Assembly (NCBI GenBank): GCA_000004695.1
Contig: CM000152.2
Coordinates: 5,216,001-5,280,000, forward strand
Length of the DNA stretch: 64,000 nt
Direction: 5' to 3'
DNA from: Dictyostelium discoideum
Lineage: Eukaryota
Part shown: one piece after another, positions 11,893 through 25,589 of the stretch
How the letters are laid out: each line of letters opens with the position of its first letter
Position numbering within the stretch: the first letter of the stretch is position 1
Program-made: the position numbers and the translations under genes
Notes under the pieces: model-generated
Told to the model about the DNA's origin: nothing
Databases searched by the model: none
The model's input: only the letters and a program-made list of their open reading frames with translations

Positions 11893-13902
11893 TTTTTTTA
11901 ATATTTGTTTTTTTTTTTAATTGAATGTTTTTTTAATTAAATGTAGATGTTCTTTTAATTTAATGATTTATTTATTTTTAAAAAAAAAGAGTTTAAATAT
12001 TTTTTTTTTTTATAATTATTTTTTTTTTTTAAAAAATACAAATTTAATAAATATTAAAAAAAATATTATTTTTGTGTAGATTATGTTTTGGGGAAAAACA
12101 ACCTTCAAAGAAATTTTGTTGATAAGGGTGTATTTATAATGTGATGTGTTTCTAATCTATCATTTTGACTATTTATTACAAATAATTATTGATTTTGTTT
12201 TTTAAAAAAATCTCATGGCATGTGATAATTATACAACCCTATCATAATTATTATTTTCAATTATTTTATTGTTATTATGTTTATTTAGATCCTCAATAAT
12301 TTTTTTTTTTAAAAACAAAAAAAAAAAAAAAAAAAAAAAAAAACCAACCCCAACTCACACACACAAACACTCAAACATTAAAATTGTAAAAATATAAATA
12401 CAAACGAAGTTGATCTTATTGCATATGTCATCTTGTACCACCTCACCCACCATAGAATATTTATTATTGAAAATCATTATTCATTTTAATATTTTTTTTT
12501 TTTTCAGTTAAATTAAATAATATTGTTTTACAAAACTATCACAATTTAACCCAAAACAATAAAAAAAATTACCCACAAATTTCAAAAAAAAATAATATTT
12601 GAGATATATAAAATTAATGATTCTTTTAACAACAACAACAATAACAATACCCCCCATAAATTTTTTTTTTTTTAAAAAAAAAAAAAAACAATTATTGGGA
12701 GCGTTAATAATTAATGATATTCTATTAATTTGCCTTGGTATATCTCAATTTAAAATAACAATAGTAAAAAACAAGTATTCAAAAATAAATATTTAAATAA
12801 ATAAATTAATAAATAAATAAATAAATATATAAATAAATGAAAATCATTTTGAACTACTTTTTAAAAGTTTTTTTTTTTTTTTTTTTTTAAACAGTATTGA
12901 TAAATAATTTCTGAAATTTAACCACATGAAATAAAAAACAATAATACACGTTTTTCTTTACTAATATGATGTTATATTTAAATTTTTATTTTTAATATCC
13001 ACATAGATCCATGACAAAGAGAACTGGTTGTTTTATTATCTATTTTCTGTTTTTTTATTTTTTTTTTTTATTTTTTTTTTACTAAATAACTAAAATGTCC
13101 AAAATGTAAACCATCTATGAGGGTTATAATAACTTTTGCACCTTTCTGAAATTTTATTGAATTTAAAATAATTTGTATTATCATTTTCAATAAAAATTAT
13201 ATTAAGATTTTGATTTAATTCTACATCTCTATTGATTTTCCAATTATTATTTTGTGTTGTGATTATTTCTTTTTGTTTTTTTTAAAATAATGAAAATAAT
13301 AATAATAATAATTATTAAAAAAGAATTAATATTTTATTAATTTATTTTTTTTATTTATTTATTTATTGTTTCTATTAATAGAATTAAAATTTAATAATCC
13401 AATTTTACAATCAATAAAAAGAACAAATTCTTTTAAAATTTAACTTACTTAATATAGACATGTAATTTTTTTTTTTTTTTTTTTTTAATTCTATTAGGTA
13501 AATTATTATTATTATTTTTTTTTTTTGCTATTTATAAATTATTGATTTATTTTAAAAAAAATAAAAATAAAAAAATAAAAAATAATATCAAAATAAAAAA
13601 AAAAAATTTTATAAATTATAAAATCATTTTTTAAAATGTAATAAATATTAATTGATAAATAATAAACATGAAAATATACATACCAATATAAATTAGGCAA
13701 TTTATTTAAGAGCTGTATTTTATGAAAGTATAGTTTTATTTTTTAAAAAAAAAAAATAGAAATAAAATTAAAAATATATAAATAAATATTTAAAAAGTAC
13801 TCTTGTAAATTAGTATATTTTATTCATTGATAAATGATTTGATAATTTTTTTAAAAAAAAAAATATTAATTAAAAATAAAAAATAATAATCTGCGTTTTC
13901 CA

Positions 13903-13944
<42 letters not shown>

Positions 13945-14176
13945 ATACAAATACATTAATTATTATTAATGAATTGAAATAAAAAAATAAAAAAATAAAT
14001 AAATAAAAAAGAATAAAAGAAAGAAATTCTCAAATAAAAAAAAAAACTATAAAATAAAAAATTTCAACCACATTTAATATATTAAAAATAATAAATAAAT
14101 AAATAAATATTTAAATAAATATTAATTAAATAAATTAATTAATTAATAAAATATATAAATAATAATACAAAATAAA

Positions 14177-14887
14177 ATGTCAAACAATAAAGAAAGTTTA
14201 GAAAGAATTATTAAAGGTATTCAAAATAATCAAATCTTAAAAGTATTTGAAGAATTTTATCATGACGAAATTGTTATGTATGAAAATGGAGATTCAAGCA
14301 ATCGTGTTGGTAAAGCTGCAAATCGTAAAGCTGAAGAATCCTTTGTTAATAATGCAACAATCAATGAAGCAAGGGTATTAAAAACCATAGTCGATGGTGA
14401 TAACACTGCCTATGAAATGTACATGGACTTCACATATGGTGGTCATCCGGTCAAGAAGACACAATGGGCTTTCCAACAATGGTCAAATGGTAAAATTATC
14501 AAAGAAGAGTTTGTAGATGTTAAAAAACCACCAACACCTGAACCATCAAAAAATGTTGAATCAAATCTTCAAGCAATTATCAAAGGTATTCAACAAGGTA
14601 AAATCTTGGAAGTCTTTGAAAAGTATTATCATAATGATGTTATCATGTATGAAAAAGGTGATTCAAGCAATCGTGTTGGTAAAGCTGCAAATCGTAAAGC
14701 TGAAGAGTCCTTTGTTAATAATGCAACAATCAATGAAGCAAAACTATTAAAAGTATTAGTCGATGGTGATAACACTGCATATGAAATGTATATGGACTTC
14801 ACATATGGTGGTCATCCGGTCAAGAAGACTCAATGGGCTGTTCAACAATGGTCAAATGATTTGGTTATTAAAGAAGAATTTTATTGA
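14177..14887 (+). CDS. protein made of two tandem SnoaL/NTF2-like (ketosteroid-isomerase-like) domains
   Basis: Two ~110-aa repeats, 'IIKGIQNNQILKVFEEFYHDEIVMYENGDSSNRVGKAANRKAEESFVNNATINEA..LK..VDGDNTAYEMYMDFTYGGHPVKKTQWAFQQWSNGKIIKEEF'. The pattern fits the SnoaL-like polyketide-cyclase/NTF2 fold. The two halves are also near-identical at nucleotide level (for example 'gattcaagcaatcgtgttggtaaagctgcaaatcgtaaagctgaaga' at about 14291 and again at about 14660). Confidence 0.6.
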   Translation: MSNNKESLERIIKGIQNNQILKVFEEFYHDEIVMYENGDSSNRVGKAANRKAEESFVNNATINEARVLKTIVDGDNTAYEMYMDFTYGGHPVKKTQWAFQQWSNGKIIKEEFVDVKKPPTPEPSKNVESNLQAIIKGIQQGKILEVFEKYYHNDVIMYEKGDSSNRVGKAANRKAEESFVNNATINEAKLLKVLVDGDNTAYEMYMDFTYGGHPVKKTQWAVQQWSNDLVIKEEFY

Positions 14888-15138
14888 ATTATAAAAATAA
14901 AAATTGTAAATTAAATTATAAAAATAAAAATAAAAATTGTAAATTAAATTAATTTAATGGCTAAAAATAACTTTTTTTATTTTATTTTATTTTAATTTTT
15001 TTTTTTTTTTTTTTTTTCAATCAAAAAAACAATAAATAAAAAAAAAAAAAACTATTTTTTAAAACCATTACATTTTGTTAAAACCATCATTGAAATTAAT
15101 TAAAATATAATTTTGACACAGGAAAAGAAAAAAAAAAA

Positions 15139-16227
15139 ATGAAATGTTTTATAAAGGATATAATTAGAAATAAATATTTATTTAAAAGGATTCTATTTGA
15201 AGTTAGAATGTTAGTTTATAAAGAGATAAATAGTGTTGGGTGGTACATTTCACGTAACAAAGAAGATATACTAATTGAAAAGGTATATAGAAACCATTAT
15301 CTATCATTTAATAATGAGCAATTGTTAAGATTATTTAAAACAGTTAAAAGCTCTTTCTTTGATAATGATGATGGTGACGAACTATCAAACAATGACCATA
15401 TACTTGAAATCAATTCCTTCTATAAAATCTTTTTTAAAAATTATAAAATTATTGACCTTGATAAAAATGATAAAACAAATAATAATGATTCAATTAAAAG
15501 TAATATTGTTGGAAATAATATACCAAATTTATTAAATTTAAACAGTACAAAATTTTCAAGATCAAATCAATCACCTGTATTACAAAAAACCATAAAGGAA
15601 ATCATAGATTTAGCATTACAATCTAATAATATAAACATTATTCAAATATCAATTAATAATAACAACAGTAGTATAATTACATGGGAAACACTTTTAAGTG
15701 CTGTATCTTATGGCTCATTTAAAGCATTTAGATACCTTTATGAAAACTTTTTTAAACAGCAACAACAACAACCTATATCAAGTACACATCAAGATAAAAT
15801 GTGGAAAAATTTAGGTGATATTAGTATCAAGAAGAGGTGTAAATTTATTAGATACTTTATAACTGAAATAAACCTATTTCCAACAACTAATAAAATGGTA
15901 ACATATACAACAAATGCTACCAAAACAACAACAGTAACAACGCTAACAACAATTAAAAAAATATTTGATGTTCCTCTATTTAATCAAGGATTTAAACTAT
16001 CAAATTTAATTGATTTTTGCACTTCAATTGTATTATTAATCAACATTGAAAAGATAGATACAACTGATAATGAAGATTCATTATTATTATCTTTAAATGA
16101 TATTCAAGAAATTGAGTCCAATAAAACAAAAACACAATTAAATTCATTAATTGATAATATCTCAAATGATGATAAATCAATTCAGATACTATCTAAATTT
16201 TTTATTTCAATAAACAATAATAATAAT

Positions 16228-16317
<90 letters not shown>

Positions 16318-18051
16318 TTTAATAAAATAATTTATTGGTTAAAATATAATTCAAATGATTTAGAATATCTTGAATCATTTGATATTAATGTACATACAAC
16401 TCATCAACTAGCATTTAAATTCGGTAATTTTGAATTATTTAAAAAATGGTTACTTTATTGTTTTGATAATGATTTAAACTCAATTTTAATGAATTATCTT
16501 CAATCTGTTTATCAATTTAACCCAACACCAAAACAAAAGCAACAGCAACACCAACAACCACAACCACCTCCTTTATTTGAATATTGTAAAAATGATGAAA
16601 AATCTCAAATTAAATTTATTAATGATTATATTAGTTTATTTTTATCATTAAATAATAATAGAATGGATAATGAATATAAAGAATATTTAAAATCTATGGG
16701 TATATTGTATCTATTATTTGGTTTAATAAAATTCAATAATTTAAAACTTTTAAAAATAATGTTTCAACATATACATAATCAAGATTTTATTTATAAATTT
16801 GAAAAATCTCAAAAAATTATCTTTCAAAATTTAATTGAGCATATAAAATCAATTGAAATTTTAGATTTTATAAATTCAAATTATTCAAAATATCTAAATG
16901 AAGATGGTTGTGAAAAAACTTTTGAAATTAAATGTTTAGATCCATTGAATATTAATATATTGGAACATTTAGAATCAATATTACCAAATGGATTTGAAAT
17001 TAAAATTAAAGAATTAAATTCATCATTACTTTTTCACATATTAAACAACTCAAATAATACAACAAAAGTAAAAATTGAAGAATTTGAATCAATATCCTTC
17101 TCTGTAAGATCAAATAATGAATTACAAACTATAATTAAAATATTATCATTGGATAAATATCATTTTAAATATCATTTATATAGACCATTTAAACATCCAA
17201 AAGATTTGAAAAATGAAAATGAAAATGAAAATGATTATTATTTCAATCATTTTAGAGACTATTCACCATTTAGAATCTCATTATTTAAATGGATTTTTAA
17301 TAATAGAAAAGAACATTTACATAGTAGCAATGGTAGATTAGAAATTGAAAAGAGTGACCTTAATGAATTACTTTATTTAATTGGTGAATTTAATGATCTA
17401 ATAACAATAGAAAAACAAGATGATAGTTCATTACGTTATGTCTATCAGAGAATTGGTGAAAAAGGTGATTTTAAAACATTAAAGTTATTATTACAATCTT
17501 TTAAAATTTCAAATGAAAATTTAAATAGATTATTGTATAGTTCCGCTGAATTTGGTAGATTAGAAATATTTCAATATTTAAAGAAATCATATCCAAATAT
17601 TTTTCAATCTTTCTTTGATGATGGTGGTTGTAGTAGTATTAGTAGTAGTAGTAGTATTGGTAGTGCTATCAATATGTATGGTGTTAATTTTGGTGTCAGT
17701 GGTGCTGGTGGTATTGATCAAACAATTGTTGAAGATAATAATAATAGAATAAAATCAACAAATTTGAATGAAATCGAATCATATAGTAAATATTATTTTT
17801 ATGATTTAAATAAAAGATGTGATTTTAGTCAAACTGATACAATCCTTGTCACCAATCAATCCTTTAAATCCTTTTCCCCATTGAAAATCCAAGAATTATT
17901 AAAAGATCAAGAATCAAAGTTTAACTTTTTAACTCAAAGAACTGGTTTCACTTCGACCTGGGATGGTAGAAATAGAAGTACTCCAAATTCAATTCAAAAA
18001 TGTTGTATGAAAAATAATCATAAAAATTTATTTCAATTTTTAAAACAATAA
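15139..18051 (+). CDS. large hypothetical protein (970 aa) with an internal poly-Asn tract
   Basis: Long uninterrupted ORF with coding-type codon usage. (AAT)n at about 16231..16318 encodes about 35 Asn. No family recognised. Confidence 0.65.
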
Positions 18052-18115
18052 AAATAATTAAAACCATGTGTACTGTGCACATTAAATTGAAAACTATCAA
18101 TTGTTTTTATTTTTA

Positions 18116-18439
18116 TTATCTTTTTTTTTTTCTATATTGTTTATTAATATGATTTTTAAAAATAATGATTTCTTCTTGAACGATGTGGTTATAGGAGGTA
18201 GAGACTTGACTGTGCTGATCAATTGAAATGTAGTAATGACCTTTGGTTGAGAATTTACCATGGTGGTGGTGCTCTAATGATAAATAAGATTCACAGAGTT
18301 TATTGAACCATGGAAGCAAAGCCATGGTGGTTCGTTCATATTCCATATTTATGATTGGATCTTTCATTTTTCGTTGCATTTGTATTTTTCTTTCTTTTTT
18401 TTGTTGTTGAAGTGGTGCTACTTGTTGATGATTGTTCAT
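18116..18439 (-). CDS. candidate 107-aa protein in an unusually GC-enriched patch
   Basis: ORF 'MNNHQQVAPLQQQKKERK...LEHHHHGKFSTKGHYYISIDQHSQVSTSYNHIVQEE'. Many C-ending codons (acc, ttc, gtc, agc) suggest selection for coding. No homology recognised. Confidence 0.4.
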   Translation of the reverse strand: MNNHQQVAPLQQQKKERKIQMQRKMKDPIINMEYERTTMALLPWFNKLCESYLSLEHHHHGKFSTKGHYYISIDQHSQVSTSYNHIVQEEIIIFKNHINKQYRKKKR

Positions 18440-18910
18440 TATTATTAATGATCGCCAATAAACGATTCAATAGAGTTTTTACCTCTTTGATTGGTTTAAC
18501 TAGTTTCTGAGAGAAAAATCCATCGAATAATCAGTTTCAATTGCAAAAATTCTCTTGAATTGGATGCTCGATTAATCTTTTATTTGTTGATCTTTGTCCA
18601 TTTCATTTCTTCAAATCAATCTTTTATGCTAATTAATTAATAATTTATATATATTTTTTATTGTGTTTTATTTAATAAATTTTTTTATTTTTTTTATTTG
18701 TAAGATAACAGTGGGGGTAAAATTTGAATTGGAAAAAAATAAAAAAATAAATAAAAAATTAAATTATTTCAATTGAAAAAAATAAAAAAATAAATAAAAA
18801 GAAAGATTTTTTTATTTTTATTTTTTTTCATTTTTTTTTTTTTTTTTTTTTATTTTATTTTTTAATTTTTTTTTTTTTATTTTCAAAACAACAACCTTGT
18901 ACCACCAAAA

Positions 18911-19112
18911 ATGATAAAAACTATTTTAAAAAACTCTTACATCCAAAAAGAAATTACTACACACTCAGCAACAGTTATTTTCAGTCATGGCTTAGGTGAT
19001 AGTGGTGCTGGTTGGATTGAAGTAATGGAAGAGATTCAAAGTAGAAACAATGGTCACATTAGATTCATTTGTCCAAATGCGTAGGTCTTTATTTTTACTA
19101 TCTAAAAACCAC

Positions 19113-19201
<89 letters not shown>

Positions 19202-19930
19202 TAATAATAATGAAAGCAACAACAATAGCTTTACAATGACTTCAATATTCTAATAGTTTTTTTAAAAAATAATTAAAGACCAATTCAAGCAGTTACACTT
19301 AATGGTGGATTTAAAATGCCATCATGGTATGATATTAAATCATTATCATCAAGAGGTGATGAAGATCCAGCTCAAGTTGATGAATCAAAGAATATAATTG
19401 AAACTATTATCAAACATGAAATGGAAGAAGAGAAAATTCCAGCTGAAAGAATTATAATTGGTGGTGTATGTGTTTTTAATATTAATATACAGATAGATAG
19501 ATAGATAGATAGATAGAAATATATATAATATATAATATATAATTTCAAAATAATTTAGGTTTATAAAAATTAATACAATATAATATATACAATATACAAT
19601 ATACAGTTTTCACAAGGTGCAGCATTATCATTATATACATTTTATTCACAAACTGAAACCAAATTAGGTGGTTGTATTGCATTATCAGGTTATTTACCAT
19701 TGGCAACTAAATTTGTAGCAAATTCATTAAATAAAGAACAACCATTACTCATGATCCACGGTGATTGTGATCAAGTAGTTCGTCATCAATGGGGTAAATT
19801 ATCATTCGACCATTTAAAAAGTCAAGGTATTAATGGTGAATTTATAACATTAAAAGGTTTAGGTCATCATTCAAGTCCAGAGGAAATTGATTTAATGACA
19901 AAGTTTATTTCTAAAACATTACCAAAATAA
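18911..19930 (+). CDS. acyl-protein thioesterase / lysophospholipase (LYPLA1/APT1 family), 3 exons (18911..19080, 19279..19466, 19607..19930)
   Basis: 'ATVIFSHGLGDSGAGWIEVMEEI...IRFICPNA | PIQAVTLNGGFKMPSWYDIKSL...ERIIIGG | FSQGAALSLYTFYSQ...LLMIHGDCDQVV...GLGHHSSPEE' matches human APT1 ('FLHGLGDTGHGW...[29 protein letters not shown]...RIILGGFSQGGALSLY...QCHGDCDPLV'). The GFSQG nucleophile elbow and catalytic D/H are present. Introns: GTAGGT at 19081 to AG at 19278; GTATGT at 19467 to 'atacag' ending at 19606. Confidence 0.85.
19110..19205. repeat. (AAT)n about 30 units inside APT1 intron 1; (AGAT)n at about 19495..19520 inside intron 2
   Basis: Directly visible. Confidence 0.9.
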
Positions 19931-20310
19931 AAATAAAAATAAAAATAAAAATAAAAATAATAAAAATAAAAAAATAAAAATAAAAATAAAACATTACCAA
20001 AATAAAAAAAAAAAAAAAAAAAATAGACAGACGAGTCAATAACAGTCATTACCCAGTCAAAATCTATTTTTAAATCGTTCACCATAATTTCCCACTTTTT
20101 TTTTTTTCTTTTAATTTTAATTTTTTAATTTTGTAAAAAAAAAATAGATTTTTTTATTTTTTTTTTTTTTTTCTTAATTTTATAAATTTATTTTTTTTTT
20201 TTTTTTTTTTTTATAATTCAAATTAAGTCAACTCAATTTAATTTTAATTTCATATTTTATAATTATTAATTATTTTTTTTTAAAAAAAAAAAAAAAGAAA
20301 ACAAAATAGA

Positions 20311-20972
20311 ATGTCAGTAGATCAAGAATTAATTGAAACTCAAAAGAATTGGATCCCATTAGAAGCAAATCCAGAAGTATTAACAACATTTATGCAAAGT
20401 TTAGGAGTTTCTAAAGATTGGGAATTCTGTGATATATATGGTATTGATGAAGGTTTACTTGAAATGGTACCATCACCATGTGTAGCTGTAATTTTATTAT
20501 TCCCAATCACCAATGAAGTATGTATTTTTATTTTTATTTTTATTTTTATTTTTATTTTAATTTTAATTTTAATTTTCAAATTCATTCATTCTCAAATAAT
20601 TAATAATTTTATACTAAATTTAGTATGAAGATAAAAGATATAAATTAGAGAAAGAGATTGAAGAGAAAGGTCAAGTTTTATCAGATAAAGTTTATTTTAT
20701 GAAACAATATATTGGAAATGCATGTGGTACAATTGGTGTGATTCATTCAGTATTAAACAATGCAAATGTTATTGAATTTAATGAAAATGGTTTCTTTAAA
20801 CAATTTTTAGATAAAACCACATCACTTTCAACTGAAGAGAGAGCAATCTCACTTTTGAAAAATAGTGAAATCGAAAAATCTCATGAAATCTCTGCACTTC
20901 AAGGTCAAAGTAATGTACCACAAGAAGATGAACCTGTAGTTTTACATTTTGTTTCATTTGTTCATGTATGTA

Positions 20973-21033
<61 letters not shown>

Positions 21034-21319
21034 GTTAATAATTAATAAATTAATAAATTTTTACTAATAATTAATTTAATAATTAATTATTTAATAATAG
21101 GTTGATGGACATTTATATGAATTAGATGGTAGAAAACCATTTGCAATTAATCATGGTGAATCAAGTGCTGAAACATTATTAAAAGATACAGCTAATGTTT
21201 TACAAAAGATGATTGATGAAGATCCAAAAGAAATTAGATTTAATTTAATGGGTTTGGTTAAAAAACCAAATGAAGAAAGTGAGGAAGAAGAAGAAAAAGA
21301 AAAAGAAGAAACAAAATAA
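20311..21319 (+). CDS. ubiquitin C-terminal hydrolase, UCH-L3-like (peptidase C12), 3 exons (20311..20517, 20624..20965, 21101..21319)
   Basis: '[23 protein letters not shown]', the active-site '[17 protein letters not shown]', and '[10 protein letters not shown]|[22 protein letters not shown]' match UCHL3 ('[31 protein letters not shown]'). Introns: GTATGT at 20518 to 'tttag' ending at 20623; GTATGT at 20966 to 'aatag' ending at 21100. Each intron contains a microsatellite ((TTTTTA)n; (AAT)n). Confidence 0.85.
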
Positions 21320-21461
21320 ATAAATAATAATTATTTCTTTTTTTTTTTTTTTTTTTTATAATTAATATTTTTTCTTTTTTTTTTTTTTTTTTATAATTAT
21401 TATTATTAACTTAATATTTAATTATTTTTTTTTATTAAAATATCATTTAAAGATAAGAAGG

Positions 21462-21510
<49 letters not shown>

Positions 21511-21564
21511 AAGGCTAACCTTCCTTTTTTTTTTTTATTTTATTTTATTTTATTTTAATTTAAT

Positions 21565-22371
21565 TTAATTTTTAAAAGAATCATCTAATTTTTCAACAAT
21601 TCTATAATAAGATTTCCATTCTTTTTTACCATTTCCTTGTTTGGTGAAAGAAGCAGCTGTACGAGTTGAAAAATCTCTAATTTGTTTATCTGGAATATCT
21701 AATTTTGAAATATCACCACCAACCATTGATAACATTTTAACTTGGATTTCACAAGTTTTAACGAGTTGATAGAGGAAAAAGAAAGCTTCTTCGATGGAAT
21801 TACCACATGAAACGATACCGTGATTACGGAGAATTAAATTCTTATTTACAGGTCCCAACGATTTAACGATACGTTCTTGTTCTTGAGCATTGATTGAAAT
21901 ACCTTCATAGTTGTGATAAGAGATATCACCAATAATAAAAGAGTTTTGACTGATTGGTAATAAACCTTCCTTATAGCATGCTACTGCAACAGTATCTTCT
22001 TGATGTACATGCATTGTTGCGAGAATGTCAGGACGAGCTTTATGAATTGCACCATGAATTACATAACCAGTTTTGTTGATACCCAAATCGGTACTACCGG
22101 CATCGATGATCTTTCCATCCATATCGATTGTTACCAAACTTGTTGCTGTAACCTCATCAAATCTCATTCCAAATGCATTCAATAACATATGATCCGTACC
22201 TGGTACTCTTGCTGTTAAATGATTATAAATCAATTCATCCCATCCTAAATGTGCGACCATTCTATAAGTTGCTGCCAATTTGACACGAACTAAATATTCT
22301 TCATCTGAATATTTAGTTTTATTAACTAATGAAAGGTCATCACTACTTGTAAATTTATTATTTGAAATCAT
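21565..22371 (-). CDS. class II aldolase/adducin-domain protein
   Basis: 268-aa single-exon ORF 'VRVKLAATYRMVAHLGWDELIYNHLTARVPGTDHMLLNAFGMRFDEVTATSLV...HVHQEDTVAVACYKEGLLPISQNSFIIG'. This is the aldolase_II fold family with its conserved His-rich metal site. Confidence 0.8.
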   Translation of the reverse strand: MISNNKFTSSDDLSLVNKTKYSDEEYLVRVKLAATYRMVAHLGWDELIYNHLTARVPGTDHMLLNAFGMRFDEVTATSLVTIDMDGKIIDAGSTDLGINKTGYVIHGAIHKARPDILATMHVHQEDTVAVACYKEGLLPISQNSFIIGDISYHNYEGISINAQEQERIVKSLGPVNKNLILRNHGIVSCGNSIEEAFFFLYQLVKTCEIQVKMLSMVGGDISKLDIPDKQIRDFSTRTAASFTKQGNGKKEWKSYYRIVEKLDDSFKN

Positions 22372-22886
22372 TTTTATATTAAATTTTATTTTTTTTATTT
22401 ATTTTATTTGTTTTGATTTTATAATGATTAAGATTTAAAAAAAATAAAATTGAATATTAAATTAAAAAAAAAAAAAAAACAATGTTTTGTTATTTTTTTC
22501 ATTTTTTTTTTTTTTTTTTAAGTAGTTTTATACTGACAAAAATTTAATTTTAAAAAAATAAAAAAAATAAAAAAAAATAAAAAAAATAAAAAAAAAATAA
22601 AAAAAATAAAAAAAAATAAAAAAAAATAAAAAAAATATAAAAAAATAATTTGTATTTTAAAATAAAAAAAATAATTAACTCCCTGTCCCATCATTTTTTA
22701 TGTTTTTTAATAATCAAAAAATTAAAATAATATTCAATAATATCTATATTTTTTAAAAGGAAAAAAAAAAAAAAAATTTAATATTATATTTATTTTTTTT
22801 TTTCCAAACCAATCAAAAAAGTTTAGTATACTCAAAGGGGGTAAACTATAGGAATGTATCGTTTTTTTTTTTTTTTTTTTAAAAAA

Positions 22887-22989
<103 letters not shown>

Positions 22990-22994
22990 GATTT

Positions 22995-23031
<37 letters not shown>

Positions 23032-23268
23032 AAAACAAATCTGAATATTCTCTCTCTCCCCCCAACCTAACCCAATCTCTTCTTATTTTTTTTTTACACC
23101 TAAATTAATCTTATTATTTGAGATAATTACTAATATATATTTTTTTTTATTTATTTTTTAATTTTTTTTTTCTAAACACTTTAAAAAATATGATTTTTTT
23201 TTTCTAAACACTTTAAAAAATATGATTTTTTTTTTTTTTATTATTATTAATTTTTAAAAATAAAATAA

Positions 23269-23384
<116 letters not shown>

Positions 23385-23390
<6 letters not shown>

Positions 23391-24075
23391 ATTAGACATA
23401 ATAGATTCAATCTCAGATATTTCTTTTGGAGCTAAATGAGTTAAAACTAATGGTGAATTATTAAGATTAGGTATTACTACATCATCTTCTACACGAATTG
23501 AAATACCACGATATTTTTCAGGAACATTTGAGTCATATTTTGAAATATAGATACCAGGTTCAATTGTTATGATCATACCAGGTTCTAAGGTTACACCATA
23601 ATCGAAATCTAAAGTATCATGAGTATCCATACCCAAGTAATGACCAATTGAATGTGGATAATAAAGTCTATAATCGTTTGGATTACTTTCATTGATAATA
23701 CCTAACCGTTTAAGATGGGCTTGAATTAACTCTACAGATTTCAAATGAATTGAATTTATAGTTTCACCAGGTTTACATAACTCAATACATTTCTTATTTA
23801 CATCCAATACCGCTTGATAAACCTCACTTTGTGCTTCTGTAAATTTACCACTAACCGGAAATGTACGAGTGATATCACTAGTGTAGCCCCAATATTCGCA
23901 GCCTGCATCCATCAATAATAAATCACAATAATTTAAAAGCTGATTATTTTGAATATAATGTAATGTATGACCATTGTCACCACCTGCGACAACTGGTGGA
24001 TATGACATACGTTGTGCACCCTTATCCTTAACACACCATTCAAAATATGCAGATACTTGATACTCATTCAATGGC

Positions 24076-24110
<35 letters not shown>

Positions 24111-24944
24111 GGTGCCTGTGTATTTCATAGTTTCATGAAACGACGTTCCAGCAATTTCACCACTTTTTAACATCATTTTAATTTCAGCATCAGATTTAAT
24201 TAATCTAATTTGTTGTAATAATGATTCTACAGTGTAAAATTTAATATTTTCTAAAAATGGTTCTAATTTATTTGATAATTGATTCCATGGTGTTGTGTTA
24301 CAATAGAGTTTACCATCAGTGGTTGATTTTAATAGTTTACCTAGTATTGGGATATCTCTATTTGTTAAATTATAACCGAAATCAATTCCAAAATATTTTT
24401 TTACATTTTCACCACCACATCGTGCACCATCCCATTTCTCTTTTTCTTCATTACGTTCACGTACGAATAGATATGATTGATGATCAAGTTCTGATGTTTT
24501 CACTAATACCAACACTGCTTCTGGTTCATTGAATCCTGTTAAATAATTGAAATTTGTATTTTGTCTAAATGACCAAGGTATATCATAAGACATCATTGGC
24601 TCTGGTGGTGTAAATATAACAACAACACTACCAATTGGGAAATTTTTCATTAATTTCTCTCTTCTATCTTTAAATTCTTTCATTTTTATACCTTTTGTAA
24701 TTTCATTTTTATCTAATAAATATGGATGTGTTTCAAATGTTGCTTGTCCAATTGATAATGGTTTTTTTAATTTATTATTATTAGTATTATTAGTTGAATA
24801 AAATCTATTTAAATTTAATGATGAGGAAAACATTTTTGCATTTTTAATTAAACAATTTGTTTTAATTTTTGATGATGTTGATGATAATGATGATGATGAT
24901 TTTGAAATAATGAATTTATTTAATTTGCATATATTATTCATCAT
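23385..24944 (-). CDS. Xaa-Pro aminopeptidase (M24B; XPNPEP3/mitochondrial aminopeptidase P-like)
   Basis: 'DAGCEYWGYTSDITRTFPVSGKFTEAQSEVYQAVL', 'HSIGHYLGMDTHD' and 'GMIITIEPGIY' are the pita-bread metal ligands of M24B. The Ser/Asn/Lys-rich N-terminus is consistent with a mitochondrial presequence. An in-frame (GAT)n at about 24071..24104 encodes a poly-Ser insertion. Confidence 0.85.
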
Positions 24945-25502
24945 TGTAATATAATGGATTTTCCCAATTCAAAGAAAAATAATTTTACAAAAATGAAATA
25001 AAAAAAAAAAAAAAAGTCGCAAAATTTTACAAAAAGCAAAAAAAAATAAAAAATAAAAAATAAAAAATAAAAAATAAAAAATAAATTAAATAATATATTA
25101 AAAATTAAAACTAATTTTCAGTGTTGGTTAAAAAATTAAAAGAAGTCTAAAAAAAAAATAAATAAAAAAAAAATTTAAAAAAAAATATAAAAAAAGGCTT
25201 TGGCTAAGATACAAAACCAAGGCAATCAATCACCTCCAATTTATTTTTTTTATTTTTAATTTATTTTTTGTAATTTTTTTTTTTTTTTTTTTTAATTTTT
25301 TTTTTTTTTTTTTTTTGAAATTCATCAAATTTCTGAAAAACACAGAGAACTTAAATTATCTTTTTTATTCTCTCTTTTTTATTCAAATAATTAGTAATAA
25401 ATTAAATTTTAAGGTTGAATAATATTATATAAATAATAATAATAATAATAAAAGTAAAAAAGAAATATTAATAAATCTCGAGATTTATATACATATAAAA
25501 AT

Positions 25503-25557
25503 ATGACAACAAGTGTTAGGGCATCTAAACAGCAACAACATACAAAATCTCAACATG

Positions 25558-25589
<32 letters not shown>

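Noticed and set aside
13090-13460. 61-codon stop-free frame on the minus strand (no ATG) plus an upstream 'ATGTCTATATTAA|GTAAGT' micro-exon-like motif
   Set aside because: No acceptor places the frames in register (the candidates give immediate stops). Open frames of this length are expected by chance at this base composition.
14517-14750. 77-aa ORF overlapping the SnoaL-like gene
   Set aside because: It is an alternative frame of a better-supported ORF, Lys-rich and low-complexity.
18992-19253. Poly-Leu / poly-Asn ORFs overlapping 19050..19253
   Set aside because: They lie within the (AAT)n repeat of acyl-protein thioesterase intron 1.
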